A stretch of 63,986 nt of DNA, counting the filler, from Lenisia limosa (lineage: Eukaryota; Protista; Breviatea): NCBI GenBank assembly GCA_001655205.1. It is 10 parts of 10 records of this genome, joined end to end, with 100 filler letters (N's around TTAATTAATTAA, not from the genome) between each part and the next. Parts side by side here need not be neighbours in the genome. Positions count along the whole stretch, not along the records: positions 6,154 to 11,583 come from LPNZ01009698.1; positions 11,684 to 18,277 come from LPNZ01006401.1; positions 18,378 to 20,619 come from LPNZ01007855.1; positions 20,720 to 40,078 come from LPNZ01010380.1; 6 more parts are not named here. One strand, written 5' to 3'. The notes under the pieces were generated by a model. The model did not search any database. It had not been told where the DNA came from and worked only from the letters and a program-made list of their open reading frames with translations. Each line of letters opens with the position of its first letter. The stretch's first letter is position 1. The position numbers and the translations under genes are program-made. Shown here in pieces: positions 11,356-23,700 of this stretch.

Positions 11356-11477
11356 TAGGGCTTCACTTCGGTGACAAAAAAAGACTGAATTTCTCGATAA
11401 ATCCTCGATTACTATCGATAAATCCTCGAAAACTATCGATATCATACCGGTCTTTTTCGAACCGAAGTGAAGCCCTA
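11356..11477. mobile_element. hAT-type MITE (R1) with perfect 8-bp TSD
   Basis: TAGGGCTTCACTTCGG...CCGAAGTGAAGCCCTA flanked by TCTATAAG on both sides; internal atcgataaatcctcga unit duplicated. Confidence 0.92.
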
Positions 11478-11583
11478 TCTATAAGTCAATGTCATTTTTT
11501 CTCGGTTGTTATTGTGTTAATTTGATAAGAAGCCAAATCGGAGGGGGGGTTGCAGGGGGAATATAAAAAATTATGTGTGTGTG

Positions 11584-11683
11584 NNNNNNNNNNNNNNNNN
11601 NNNNNNNNNNNNNNNNNNNNNNNNNNNTTAATTAATTAANNNNNNNNNNNNNNNNNNNNNNNNNNNNNNNNNNNNNNNNNNNN
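11584..11683. other. Artificial scaffold-joining spacer
   Basis: N44-TTAATTAATTAA-N44 (11628-11639). Confidence 0.97.
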
Positions 11684-14600
11684 TGTTGTTTGATTAAAGA
11701 ATGGTTACGCCTACGAGTCCGATTCTCTGAAGGTGGAATGATTGCTCGGGTGTACGGGGGAATCCATCAAGAACGTATCCTGAACGGTTATCATAAGTCT
11801 TCGTACAAGAAGGGATTATAATACTATTTTCTAAAATATACTATGATAATATCATAATACATCATATGTAATCGATATGCTGTGATACAAGATCACAAGT
11901 ACGGTTTGCAACAGTTTATCTATTATAGCCACGATATCTATGATATAGTATTATGATACTATGTGTAAATAATATAATATCAAGGTCACCTCTGTTTACG
12001 ACTTCTTTGCTTTCGAGTTTATTTCGGATGACAGAGATCATGATCTCATCCGGGACTAACTGGCCCTTATGCATATACGCGGCCACTTCCTTTCCTAAAT
12101 AGATAAGGGTAGGGTATCATTTAGATCCAATCTGGAACGGTCAGTGGTCAATGTACGTGAACACATTTTGTATATTATTCTAATACATATAATTTCTAAT
12201 ATATATTATACATGTACAGGTTCAATATTATATCATAAATGGGACTTCCTTATGCTCAGAAAAAGACTGTCCTAATATCGCTATTTATCGAGGATTGGAA
12301 ATGCAGTCTTTTTTGGAAACGTAGAGAAACCCTAATCATATTCTATATAAGGCGTGTTAGCCAACCTAGCTTGGTTCCCTGCTGGGACTCTTTTCTCAAC
12401 AAATCTCCAGTAGATAAGTGGACCATTCTACAAACTGTTAAAGGCGGTTATCCACGGTGATAAGCTAAGTGTGCATGACTTGGAAGGTGAGCGCGGGGNN
12501 NNNNNNNNNNNNNNNNNNNNNNNNNNNNNNNNNNNNNNNNNNNNNNNNNNNNNNNNNNNNNNNNNNNNNNNNNNNNNNNNNNNNNNNNNNNNNNNNNNNN
12601 NNNNNNNNNNNNNNNNNNNNNNGGAAAAATCTTAAGGTCAGTGTAAATGGTTTATTGTTAAAAAAGGGCAGGTGATCTCTGCTGTCTGAAATTGAACGTT
12701 AAAATAATCAAACGTTAACATAATCATAAAGACAGGAGAAATAAAAAATCAGGTTGTATCTGGCCGAAGCCCTCCAATTCATCACGCGGTTGAGATATTC
12801 GATGATTGTATAATATTACTAAGAAACTTCTTAATAGGGCTCAACCCATGTACCCAAACACTTCGCAGATAAATTGAGACTGCGTGCCTTTACCCGAGGC
12901 TGGGGGGCCAGATATAACGACTTTCAGGGGTTCTAAGTACTGTGAGAGCGAACTATAGGGAATAGATGGAAGAAAGCCAAACAGATTCCATCAGGAACAA
13001 AACAAACAGCCAAGTAGAGATTCCAAAAAAGGAGAAATCCCCACGTACCCCCAGGAAGTCAATAGTAAGATATTCACCACACCTGTACCGCCCACACCAC
13101 ATCTTACAAATTTCTCCCTCCCTCTGACCAGCTTGGGCCTTACGCGCCATTCTCAGAAGTCTTTTGATGTCTTGGAATACCTATGGGGGGGGGGGGGGTA
13201 AANNNNNNNNNNNNNNNNNNNNNNNNNNNNNNNNNNNNNNNNNNNNNNNNNNNNNNNNNNNNNNNNNNNNNNNNNNNNNNNNNNNNNNNNNNNNNNNNCG
13301 GCAAAATGCATCTTCTACTATATCACAAACCAGTGCTAAAACGCTAACGAATAATAAAACACAAATGGGGAGGGTGGTGGTAGAGCTATCTATCTGTTGT
13401 ATTTCAATAACATAAAAAAACAATCAGCATTTTGCCCCCCCCCCCCCTTAGTTTGACTATCATACCTCGAGAGGGGTGCGATCGGCGTCGAAATGATGGC
13501 AAGGGGGCACTTTTTGAAGGGCCGTAGCGTAGCACTCAAGGATACCTGAATCGTTAAACGATTATTGAAAGATGACTCTGTGCACACAGCTTTCAGTGCA
13601 TCCCCAATCATAGAGTAATTGATCAAGGACGCCTGACAGTATTATTATGTGTAAAGTTAGCTCTATCAGAACCGCATCACAAAATCTCCAGTCAGGAAAG
13701 CGGAGTAACGCGGATACATAATTTGTTTTATTTACTTGCAAGGAACTTCATGATGTACATATCATATATATATATATATGTATGATACCATAAAATATGA
13801 AATATATCAGAGGATGTAGGAGAGAGAGGGTTGGGCTCAAAAAAAAATATACAATATCCATCAAATCGGTCAAGACCTATCCCAGTCACTGCATATGACG
13901 ACGACCCTGATCCTAGATATTTAACGTTGTCTTCGGCCCCCTATACCCACCAGCAAGGTCGGCATGATACTGGCCAAGACGATGGTTAAACTTGCTCTCG
14001 TCGTCCTCCTCCCTTCGGATCAGACGATCGGTGACTTCCTTAGGGGCGGGATTGGTCTTGCGATTGTATACTCTGTGTGATCATTGAAAGATCCAAATAT
14101 CAACTCTTTATAGAAATACACTTCATCATTACCCTCTCCTCCCCCACTCCACTTCACGTACCCTCTCCAAAATCATACCCCACCACCCTCTTTCAACATT
14201 ATCATCATCAAGAACACCTTTTATCCCCCCCTCCCCTCTCTGCCGTTAATAACAATGTGGTAAGCCTGGGTTCTTACCAACTGACATATAAGTAGGGTTT
14301 CACTTAGGTTCGAAAAAAAGACAGAAATACTCTATAAATCCTCGAAAGCTATCGATATTCAACCAGTATTTTTGTAACCGAAGTGAATCACTCCCTGCAT
14401 ATAAGGTTATATTGTTGCTGTTTCACGCTAAAGCTGCTTGCATCTAATATTCGTTGTATCCCTATACCAAACCCTTGACCGACACATCCGAGACTGCATT
14501 GACCAACCCCTAACCCCCACCTTCGGGTGGCAGGGTCGTCAACACGATCCAAAACGCGCGACTGCAGGGTTTCGTTCGGCACTTCGAGATGGATAAACGT

Positions 14601-15726
14601 ATTAGGGTTGACCCCGGCCTTCTGCAGGGCCTGGGCCTGGGTCTGCGTACGTGGGAATCCGTCGAGAACCCAGCCGCGCTCTAGGCAGGCTTCGGACTCA
14701 AGCTTAGCGTGGACTACCTGAGGGAAATATCAGCGTAAGGGGGGGGGGTGGTAAAAAGTAAATATTGATGAAGAAAANNNNNNNNNNNNNNNNNNNNNNN
14801 NNNNNNNNNNNNNNNNNNNNNNNNNNNNNNNNNNNNNNNNNNNNNNNNNNNNNNNNNNNNNNNNNNNNNNNNNNNNNNNNNNNNNNNNNNNNNNNNNNNN
14901 NNNNNNNNNNNNNNNNNNNNNNNNNNNNNNNNNNNNNNNNNNNNNNNNNNNNNNNNNNNNNNNNNNNNNNNNNNNNNNNNNNNNNNNNNNNNNNNNNNNN
15001 NNNNNNNNNNNNNNNNNNNNNNNNNNNNNNNNNNNNNNNNNNNNNNNNNNNNNNNNNNNNNNNNNNNNNNNNCGTCCTCACAGCCCGTCGGTAATTACCG
15101 GAAACTCCGAGACAATAAAATTACCTACATTTCAAGAAAACTGCCATTATACCGTGCCATCCATATGCATAGTACACGCCACCATTCACACCTCGATCAT
15201 GATATCGTCAGGCACAAGGACTCCCTTCTCAACATAGCGTCTCACTCGCTCGCCTGAAAGGGTTATTGCGAGTGCTTGAGTAGAGATCAGGAGAAAAAAG
15301 AAAGTCTGTTTTGGGAATGTTCATTGAAGAGCCGCGTGTTGTGTGATGGAAAGATGGGTCAAAGGGAACTAACTAACAGAGGCATTTTGACCCAGAGGAA
15401 TAATTCGCGGAAAAGACGGGGGAGAGAAAGGCAGACAGAAAAGATATGGAACAACAAAATAAAACAACAAAAGCAAGAACAATCCGCGCTATTAGCCGCT
15501 ATAATCAGCAAACCTAGCTCTGTATCTGATCGCACGGCTTCCCTCAAAATATTGCCGGTTGAAATATGGACGACACTAGAGACAATCAGCCCAAAATTCA
15601 ATTCAAAAGGAAGCGGGAGTGAAGTGCACTAATCTCCTCAAACCCGAAGATATCTTGTAGAAGAAGAGCTTGTGTTGATTTACCGGCCCCAGGAGGGCCG
15701 GAGATGATGACTTTCATGGGTTCCAT
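11684..15726 (-). CDS. Adenylate kinase with at least two tandem AK domains (AK8/flagellar-type architecture); 3' end truncated by scaffold edge
   Basis: Domain 1: MEPMKVIISGPPGAGKSTQ, VHISTGNILRE, KGVLVPDDIMIE, GWVLDGFPRTQTQA, LID RVYNRKTNPAPKEVTDRLIRREEDDE, HFDADRTPLEVFQDI. Domain 2: KVVISGPPASGKGTQ, VHLSTGDLLRK, KGQLVPDEI, GYVLDGFPRTPEQ. Confidence 0.92.
12740..12820 (+). repeat. Repeat family R2 copy (AK intron, antisense to gene)
   Basis: aataaaaaatcaggttgtatctggccgaagccctccaattcatcacgcgg..gagatattcgatgattgtataatatt. Confidence 0.75.
14293..14397. mobile_element. hAT-type MITE (R1) with perfect 8-bp TSD
   Basis: TAGGGTTTCACTTAGGTTCG...CCGAAGTGAATCACTCCCTG flanked by CATATAAG on both sides. 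Confidence 0.88.
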
Positions 15727-15955
15727 GTTGATATGTCTCCAGAAAGGACTAACTCAATCAATACGCCTCCGAAACCCAATTATATGACCACTTATAGAGA
15801 TGTTAGAGTAAAGAAAAGGGCATAAACTTTGAGATTTCATATAAATACTTTGGTATATCTCGTGTAACCCCATGAAAAAAGCAATAAAACGAAAATTTTG
15901 TTTTCCGTTTCATCGTTTCATGAACTGATTGTGCTTAGGATAGAAATTTGGAACA

Positions 15956-18034
15956 ATGAAGCCTCCAGAAGAGAAGAATAACCCCGAAAATGAGCCGGAA
16001 ACGGACTCGGACGTCGAGTCCGTTGGCGGCAAGAAGAGAAAGAAGGAGGATAGCAAGAAGCGGAGGAAGAAGAAGAAGAAGCAAGACAAAGATGAGGATG
16101 AAGAGGAGCCCGAAACCCCTGAAGGGGATGAAGGTGTCGTTGAAGAAGAGGGATCATCTTCCGCTATCGCCCCCGCTGTTCTGAGGCAAAATGCCAACAG
16201 GATCGTCAAGGAGGGCTATTTATTCAAGAAGAGCAAGAAGCTGCTCACTCCCTGGCGTAAAGTCTGGGTGCGTGTAAATTGCAAGTAGGCAACCTCTAAC
16301 GTTTTTTTATTATTACACAAGCCTTAAAGTACTGTAAAATATACCATGTCTTGAAACAAATCCATCCGTTATATATATTTTTTTTTATCTCTGGATGGCC
16401 GGTTTATTGCCTTAGTAAACTTGGATACTTCACGAACAACAAGACCAAGGCGCCTGAGGGCCTCATCCTTATCAAGAAGTCAACTGTTGAGGTGGGTGTC
16501 TTAGATAAGCAGTGATCGCTTTTATTTGCCTTGTATACATAATGTGGTTTTTGTTCAATTATATTTTGGAAGAGCCTTTGTTTTGAACCTCTTACTATTT
16601 TTGTGATATTGTAAAAACAGTTAGACGAGATGGGCACACTCTGATTTTTCAAATTTCAAATAGTTTTGAAATGGTTTAGAAATTTTATTAAATTTAACCT
16701 TTTTTTTCTTCCACTTTTAACTGAAATCTAAAAACTTGATTTCAATTTTCAAAAACATTGCTTATTTTTTATATCTCATTGCTATATCGATATGTACATA
16801 ATATTAAAAATTGATAAAACAATCCAACCGGAAACCGACCCCCCTCCCCTCCAACCCCTGATTGATTTGCCTGGAATGTACTTGTTTTTGTTTTGTTGAT
16901 TTCAGCCCCAGTGTATTTCTCGAATTTGGCAAGAGGGTTTTGTTGTTAAAATTTCTCCCCTCCCTCCAGCCAACATATTTTGTTATTTATAATTATTTCA
17001 CCCCTCCACAGCCGCTGATGCTGACAATGGAAGAGGTCGAGGAAGGGATTGAACGAGAAATGGAAGACTTGGGGAGTGACGAGGAAGAAGACGATGAAGA
17101 AGGGGCCGAAGATTCGTTCAACGACGAGGAAACTGTTTGCGATGCTGGGTCAAGAGAAAAGATAAAATAACACCAACGAATATGATTGTGGATGGTATAT
17201 TGTGGGTTATTTCATGAAGAAACTAACTATTGTATTGACATTGACATTTTATGTTTTGTACTTGAGATTTGTATTGATGTTGATGATTAATAGGCTAAGC
17301 ATAGTTTCATTCAGTAGGATTCTGAAGATGAGAAGGAGAAAAAGAAGAAGAAGAAGAAGCCCAAGAAATCCCTCTTCACTAAAAAGCAGCTTTCTTTCAA
17401 GGTTAGTTGTAATTCCAAATTATATTATTCAATGACTACGGCAACTTAACAGGAATATTCAGCTTTATCTTTAGTCAATCATACAAAGACTTGTCAAAGT
17501 CACTGTACATCATATTCCTATGATCTGAGCTTCGATCGGAGAGCCACATCTTGTTTTATTTAGAATTACCATATCATGGTCTCACTTGTTTTTTTTTTAT
17601 GTTTTTGTATTATCCTTTTTTGGAGGAAGTACCATTGTAAATAGCGAATAACTTGGGATTCTCTTTTTTCCAGTTAATGTGTCGACATGGAGTTTTTTTG
17701 TACCTTATGGAAGCGCTAGGAATAACACAGCTTAACCACAGTTCATTCTTAGGAGATATGTTTTTTTTGGGATCTAGAAAAAAACTCGAAGTAGTTCAAA
17801 AGATACCATGAACAAATCAACTATGTATATTTTGACGGATTAGGTAACTGCCAAACCGGGAACCAAGCTCGGTGGCCCTTTGGACCATTTGGAAGGAACG
17901 TTCACGTGTCGCAATATGCGCGAACTGAAGGAATGGATCGATGTCGTACAGAATAAGGAGGTTTGGCCGGGCCGTGGTGAAATATTCTGATGATTAAACA
18001 AATGCTACCCCATTTTTAGACGACAATTGTGTAA
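15956..18034 (+). CDS. Pleckstrin-homology domain protein with acidic/basic low-complexity N-terminus and internal insert
   Basis: IVKEGYLFKKSKKLLTPWRKVWVRVNCNKLGYFTNNKTKAPEGLILIKKSTVE ... LSFKVTAK..GTFTCRNMRELKEWIDVVQNKE matches the PH beta1-beta7 strands plus the C-terminal helix with conserved W. The 3' end is tentative. Confidence 0.75.
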
Positions 18035-18277
18035 GTTTGGAAGCCCTCTTTTCCCAAAAAAGCCCAGAATTTATCGAAATTTTTCATGATTTTCATATTT
18101 TTTGGGACTGTAGGGAAACCGTAGGTACATTATTCTCAATTGTTTTTTCTTGGGGCAAGTAACTTGTTTTGTTATTCTCGTGTGTTTCGAGCCAACGATT
18201 TTTTTTTTGTTTCATAAATATCCCAATTTCACCTTTTTTTGTTTCGTAAATATCCCAGTTTCACCTTTTTTTGTTTC

Positions 18278-18377
18278 NNNNNNNNNNNNNNNNNNNNNNN
18301 NNNNNNNNNNNNNNNNNNNNNTTAATTAATTAANNNNNNNNNNNNNNNNNNNNNNNNNNNNNNNNNNNNNNNNNNNN
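18278..18377. other. Artificial scaffold-joining spacer
   Basis: N44-TTAATTAATTAA-N44 (18322-18333). Confidence 0.97.
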
Positions 18378-19954
18378 GTTACTTGCATAAATCAGAGAAA
18401 ATGTGGGGTGGGGGGTGGAAGAAACCAGAGAATAGAGAGCTGAACTGCAGACTTTCAAAACAAAGACCCAAACAACCAAACACCATCAATCACCCTTTTA
18501 CTATGTATGTTTGTTCATCTTTTTTATTTTATACTGGGGGTCTTCGTTAAGGTTTATTATATCTATATTAATATAGATATAATAAACCTTAGCGAAGACC
18601 CCCAGAAGAAAAAAAAAAGATGAACAGGCACATACACAGTAAAAGGGCGATTAAATTATCAACTATCAGTAACATTTTCGAAAAAGCAGTTTTTTTTTGA
18701 TGAAAATTAAATGCTGGCTGCTACTGCTGCTTTTTGGACCTTTAAACGTTTAAATTGTTTTTTAATCTACTGTCAAGACTCAAATCAATGTGTGCAACCA
18801 GGATGTGTCCTGTGTTATAAGGAGGGAAAACTAATCTTATTATAATGTTGAAAATACTCTACTTGCAACCACTCCCCAAGTGTTCTAAGGACTCTGTCAA
18901 TGCACAAATTGCTGAAAAACCAAAACCATTCCACTGTGGCTTCATGTGAGCTCTCTCTCTGTGGTAATTCAAATACCAGAATGGGGTGGTCTCCTCCCCC
19001 CCTAATTTTTTTTTTTTTTTTTTTTTTTTANNNNNNNNNNNNNNNNNNNNNNNNNNNNNNNNNNNNNNNNNNNNNNNNNNNNNNNNNNNNNNNNNNNNNA
19101 ATAGGTATTTGATAGTTTCATCCCCCAATTAAGATCATTAGCCAAGAACCCACATAAACAACAGGGCTCTGCAGAAGTTGCGACGAGCCGCAGTGCGCTG
19201 TTGTTGTTGTGTCACAAGCCTGATAAGTAAAACATGATGTGGCTGGAATACTGAAGAGAACATTGTAGAGGTCAAAGCCTCCACTCCTCCTTTTTCAGAA
19301 CAGAATACAACATAGTATACATACTGTATGATAGTATAAATAAAATTTAAATATCATATTTATCTTTTAGTGCCCTCAGCAAAAAGAGGACTCGGAGGGA
19401 AAAGAGGTCGCGGACTTCAAGGTCATTTTTTTCGGTTATGTTCTGTTTTTGGGAAAATATATGCTTTTTGACTTTATATTTTCGTGCAAAAAGTGTCTTT
19501 TCTCCTAGGAAATTCGTATTCTGATTCAGAAGTATCAAAAAACAAAAAAGTTACATCAATGCTGTAAAGTAAAAAGAAAGTGAATAAACATGCAAAAGAA
19601 AGACAAAACTATCCCAAAAAGTCACATTTTTCAAAAAATCACAGATATCGGAAAAATCACAGATATATGGACGGTGTGATATATATACTATACATCATAA
19701 GAAATGATAATGCTACTCCTCACAATATTATTAAGACCACATCTTGATTGTATATACACTTGTTATTTTATCCAATATCCGACTTAGGTTGAGATTATGG
19801 CGGATCTATTGAGCTAAAATTAATTCCAAATAAGGGGCACCCAACCACCAAACCTGAATGTTGTATTTGCAATTGGATTCAGGGAAGGAGATCTCAATGG
19901 TGTTCTACGGAGTGAGCAGCTTCCCAATGGCAAAATGTTCAGATCAACCATCAT

Positions 19955-20056
19955 TAGGGATTCACTTCGGTTCGAAAGAAAAAAACTGAATATCTCGATA
20001 AATCCTCGAAAACTATCGACATTTTACCAATCGTCTTCGAACTGAAGTGAATCTCA
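19955..20056. mobile_element. R1 MITE copy
   Basis: tagggattcacttcggttcgaaa..ctcgataaatcctcgaaaactatcgac..ttcgaactgaagtgaatctca. Confidence 0.85.
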
Positions 20057-20619
20057 AGCTATCCTGACACACCAGTCCAACACCCCCTCTGAGAGAACCT
20101 CCCTCCCCAGACTAAGGCTCAAAAGAGGGATTTCTCCATGTATACCTTTCCCACAGGAAAGAGTGCTGTCTATGTTGGGCTCCGGTAATTAATTTTTGAA
20201 GAAATTAATTAAGAAATGTGAAATTAAAGCGGGTAAAAAGGGGTTCTGGTTAAAATATACCCCACTTGAAATTTGCATATACTTTTACAATTAATAGCAC
20301 GGAGCCCTAGCCTTACCTCTACGACTCCGTTGAGAGAATACTCCAGCTGCGATCCGCCATTCTCAGCAGGGTTGAGCTGGATGGTAAGGGGAGTAAAACT
20401 GTGGATATTTTTTGTAAAACAGTCAAAATCAACTTTGCTGTCCCCACATTTGAGAACACACAAGGGTGGAACACAAAAAAAACAGTTTTATCTTCATAAG
20501 GATCCCACCTTATTGCATTAACACTCCACCCCACCCTGAGAACGGCATAAGTTGAACGTGGTAAATCCGTAATGTCAATCACTGCATGATTCTCTGAAAC
20601 TGACTGGGGGGGGGGGGGG

Positions 20620-20719
20620 NNNNNNNNNNNNNNNNNNNNNNNNNNNNNNNNNNNNNNNNNNNNTTAATTAATTAANNNNNNNNNNNNNNNNNNNNNNNNN
20701 NNNNNNNNNNNNNNNNNNN
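20620..20719. other. Artificial scaffold-joining spacer
   Basis: N44-TTAATTAATTAA-N44 (20664-20675). Confidence 0.97.
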
Positions 20720-23700
20720 GTTTCATAGAGCGTTGACAGGCCCGGAGTGGACGGCGTTTCAGAGGAGAAGCCGACCTAAGAGTCAGAATCACATCACAGA
20801 GCTTTAGAAGTCAATTACAAAGCAGCCTCCAGCATACAGGGAAAGTCGCATAGAAGCATGAACCGACACCCATCTTTGAGGTAGCACCAAACTGTCCGCC
20901 TATTAACTTCATCACTTCGGACACCGTTGACAACCCAAGGCCTGGAGTATCAGTACATGGCAAGGAAAGACTCAATCTGGGAATAGTTCTCAGTATTGTG
21001 GCAACCCATTATTACAATAGGTGTTTATCTAAAGAAAAAAAAAACATTTAGAAACCTCAGTAAAGCCTCAGACAAGCCCTTTTGTAGCCTACCTGGACCA
21101 TGTGTGGTTGTCGGAGAGAGCTGGACGAAGGGGCTAAAGATCCGCCGGATGTCGGAAGCTGGAATTCCGATTCCAGTGTCAATAACCCGAAGCTGGATTC
21201 CAATATGGCCTAAAAGGTGAGAAAGCCACTCCTCGCAAGGACCCATGTTAGTGATAAGATGCTTTATCACATATTTAGTATTAAAGCTCATATTTTGACA
21301 AACCAGGGAAAGGATCGTAGTCGTCATTCTGAAACAGTAAAAAGAACAAAAACACAAGAAAAGAGGAGAAAGCTACAGATATTGCTGAGACCAGGATTAA
21401 CAGTAATCCCTCAAAACAACGCCGTCACTTTTAAAGTAAGAATCCAAAAAATAAAAAAACAATCCACTCACAAGGCTTAACGGAGGTTGTGGCAGATGCG
21501 CAGGAATTGTCTTCTCATCAAGACATCGTCTGGAGAGTGAGGGAGGTGAGGAGTAAAATTGGAAAATTTATGAAACAAAAAAAAAAGAAGCCCAAATCAT
21601 GACTGAAACTACATGAGGGTTGATAACAACAAAAAAACAAAGCCCAGACCAGTCGCATCTACAGCACAGCACCGCATCACATCACTCCAGTGAGGGAGGG
21701 GGGTAAAATGAAGGAATGGACAATTTATGAAACAGAAACAAAGAAGCCAAAAATGGCCAGTCGCTTCTGCAGCACCATATCTCATCAGCTTTATACACTG
21801 GAAATACTTACTGAGATGGATACACAAAGATATAAAAAGGGGGGGTAAGGGAAGCACGGTGTGAAGAAGGCATACATTCGAAGTTCGGGTGGGAGAAGGT
21901 TGAATCCGGATACGACCTGCATGCTGATGAATACTTGACCGCCGTTCCGATTGAATTTCATCGCATTGCTTGTAAAGGCATGTCTGATGGTGAATAAGAG
22001 GGGGTGGTTAAAGTACTCTATCGGTAACAGTTTTGATAAATATTGTTGCGAAGGCATTGATAATAACGAAGATCCGAGTTGAATTGATGGCTTACAGAAT
22101 TTGAAACACCCTGGCAGCAAACGCATCGAAGCGGAGAACTTTCAGAATCGGGTCTATGAGAAGCGTCGTCTACATAATAAGCAAGTGACAACACTAATGA
22201 GAAGACGCATGACGAGGTCAAAATTAGTGGAGAGAGAATAGTTTAGTGGCTTTTCAAGGAAAGATAATAGTGCAAAAAAAGCATACCACTATTTGCTGTC
22301 GAGTGGCAAGGATGGAGACACAAGCCGCAGCACTCTCCACAATCATGTGTAGTCTGCACGTTGTGCTCTCACCAAGATCAATTGTGCGCTACAAAAGGTG
22401 AACATTAATTAGAGAGAAAGTATCATTTTATATTTTCTTTTGGCAAACCTCTTTCATTTCAGCAAAAGCAAGCATGTCCTTCAGCATGACAAAAAGGGAC
22501 TAAAAAAAGTAAATCGCAATGTAACGCAAAAATTGAGAAATTGCGTCGCGATATGAAGCCATTTCATTCCACCCCCATACGTCAGCAGATGCGATCAAAA
22601 GGTCAAGCCAATGGGTCTGTTGGGGAGGCTGGTGGTCTTGGTCCTTCAGCAGCGTCGCAAACCCAAGAATACCGTGGATGGGCGTCAGAATCTCATGTGA
22701 CATCCTTAAATGGTAAACAGATACTTTGATATACCAGTAGCTTACACACTAACCTTCACAATAATATTTCATTTACGGGAAACTTTCTATATTTTAGCCT
22801 ATATGGCACCTATCAATCCGGTGTATTCGCGAAATCCAGCGCCCACGTAGCCAAGAAGAGGGCCTTGCTCCTTCCCGCGGCAATATGGTCGGACTGGAAG
22901 TAATGCAGGTTCCGAAGGACTCTTAGCCTGATGACAAGACTGTATGACAGGATGCATGGGATGATGAAGAGGAGCGCCGAAAATCCGAAATACCTCCGGG
23001 ACAACGATAATTCAACGGACCGCTCTTGGAGGGTCAGGTGTATCAAACAAAATACCCCAGAAAATACAGAAGACAACGTGCCTCAAAATGACTAATCAAT
23101 CAATTAATAATTGAATTCCCCCTTTACCCCCAACCCACCAGCTATGTGTAAAATAAATGTCACCAGCAAGAAGTACGTCCCGAAGATGGTTGAAGTTGCC
23201 AATCTGTGAAGTTAAAGAAGCCACATCCAGGCCTCTGTAGTGTCCACTTGGAAAACGACATGTTTAAGTGACTGTGGATTGTAGGACTGGTAAGGTTGGC
23301 GAAAAAAAGATAGAGGGGGGGGGGGGGGNNNNNNNNNNNNNNNNNNNNNNNNNNNNNNNNNNNNNNNNNNNNNNNNNNNNNNNNNNNNNNNNNNNNNNNN
23401 NNNNNNNNNNNNNNNNNNNTCGGTCACGGTCGGACAGATCACTTGATTATTTGTGAAAGGCGGATAACGCATACTCCACTCAAATTTGGTGGGAACTTCC
23501 AGGGTTATTTCATTGGAGTTATTAACCTTGCTTACCTGAAGAAAGCTTGAAGAAAGACATATGGGTAAATGATGGCAAAAAGAGCATCTAGGTACATCTC
23601 AGCAATCGTTTCCTGCAATTGTTACGGTGGGGTTTATCCTCACGGTCAGCCCACAAATCATTCATAAAACCAACCTCAAATCTCAGATAAACAGCACCAA

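Noticed and set aside
6953-11477. R1 palindromes as CRISPR or REP-like repeats
   Set aside because: Eukaryotic intron-rich context, dispersed rather than regularly spaced, no cas genes, and 8-bp TSDs point to hAT MITEs.
20060-20600. Possible WD40 (VNAIRWDP) or PI3K-C2 (IDITDLPRS) exon fragments
   Set aside because: Motifs too short, they conflict in exon boundaries, and no supporting neighbouring exons were found; left unassigned.
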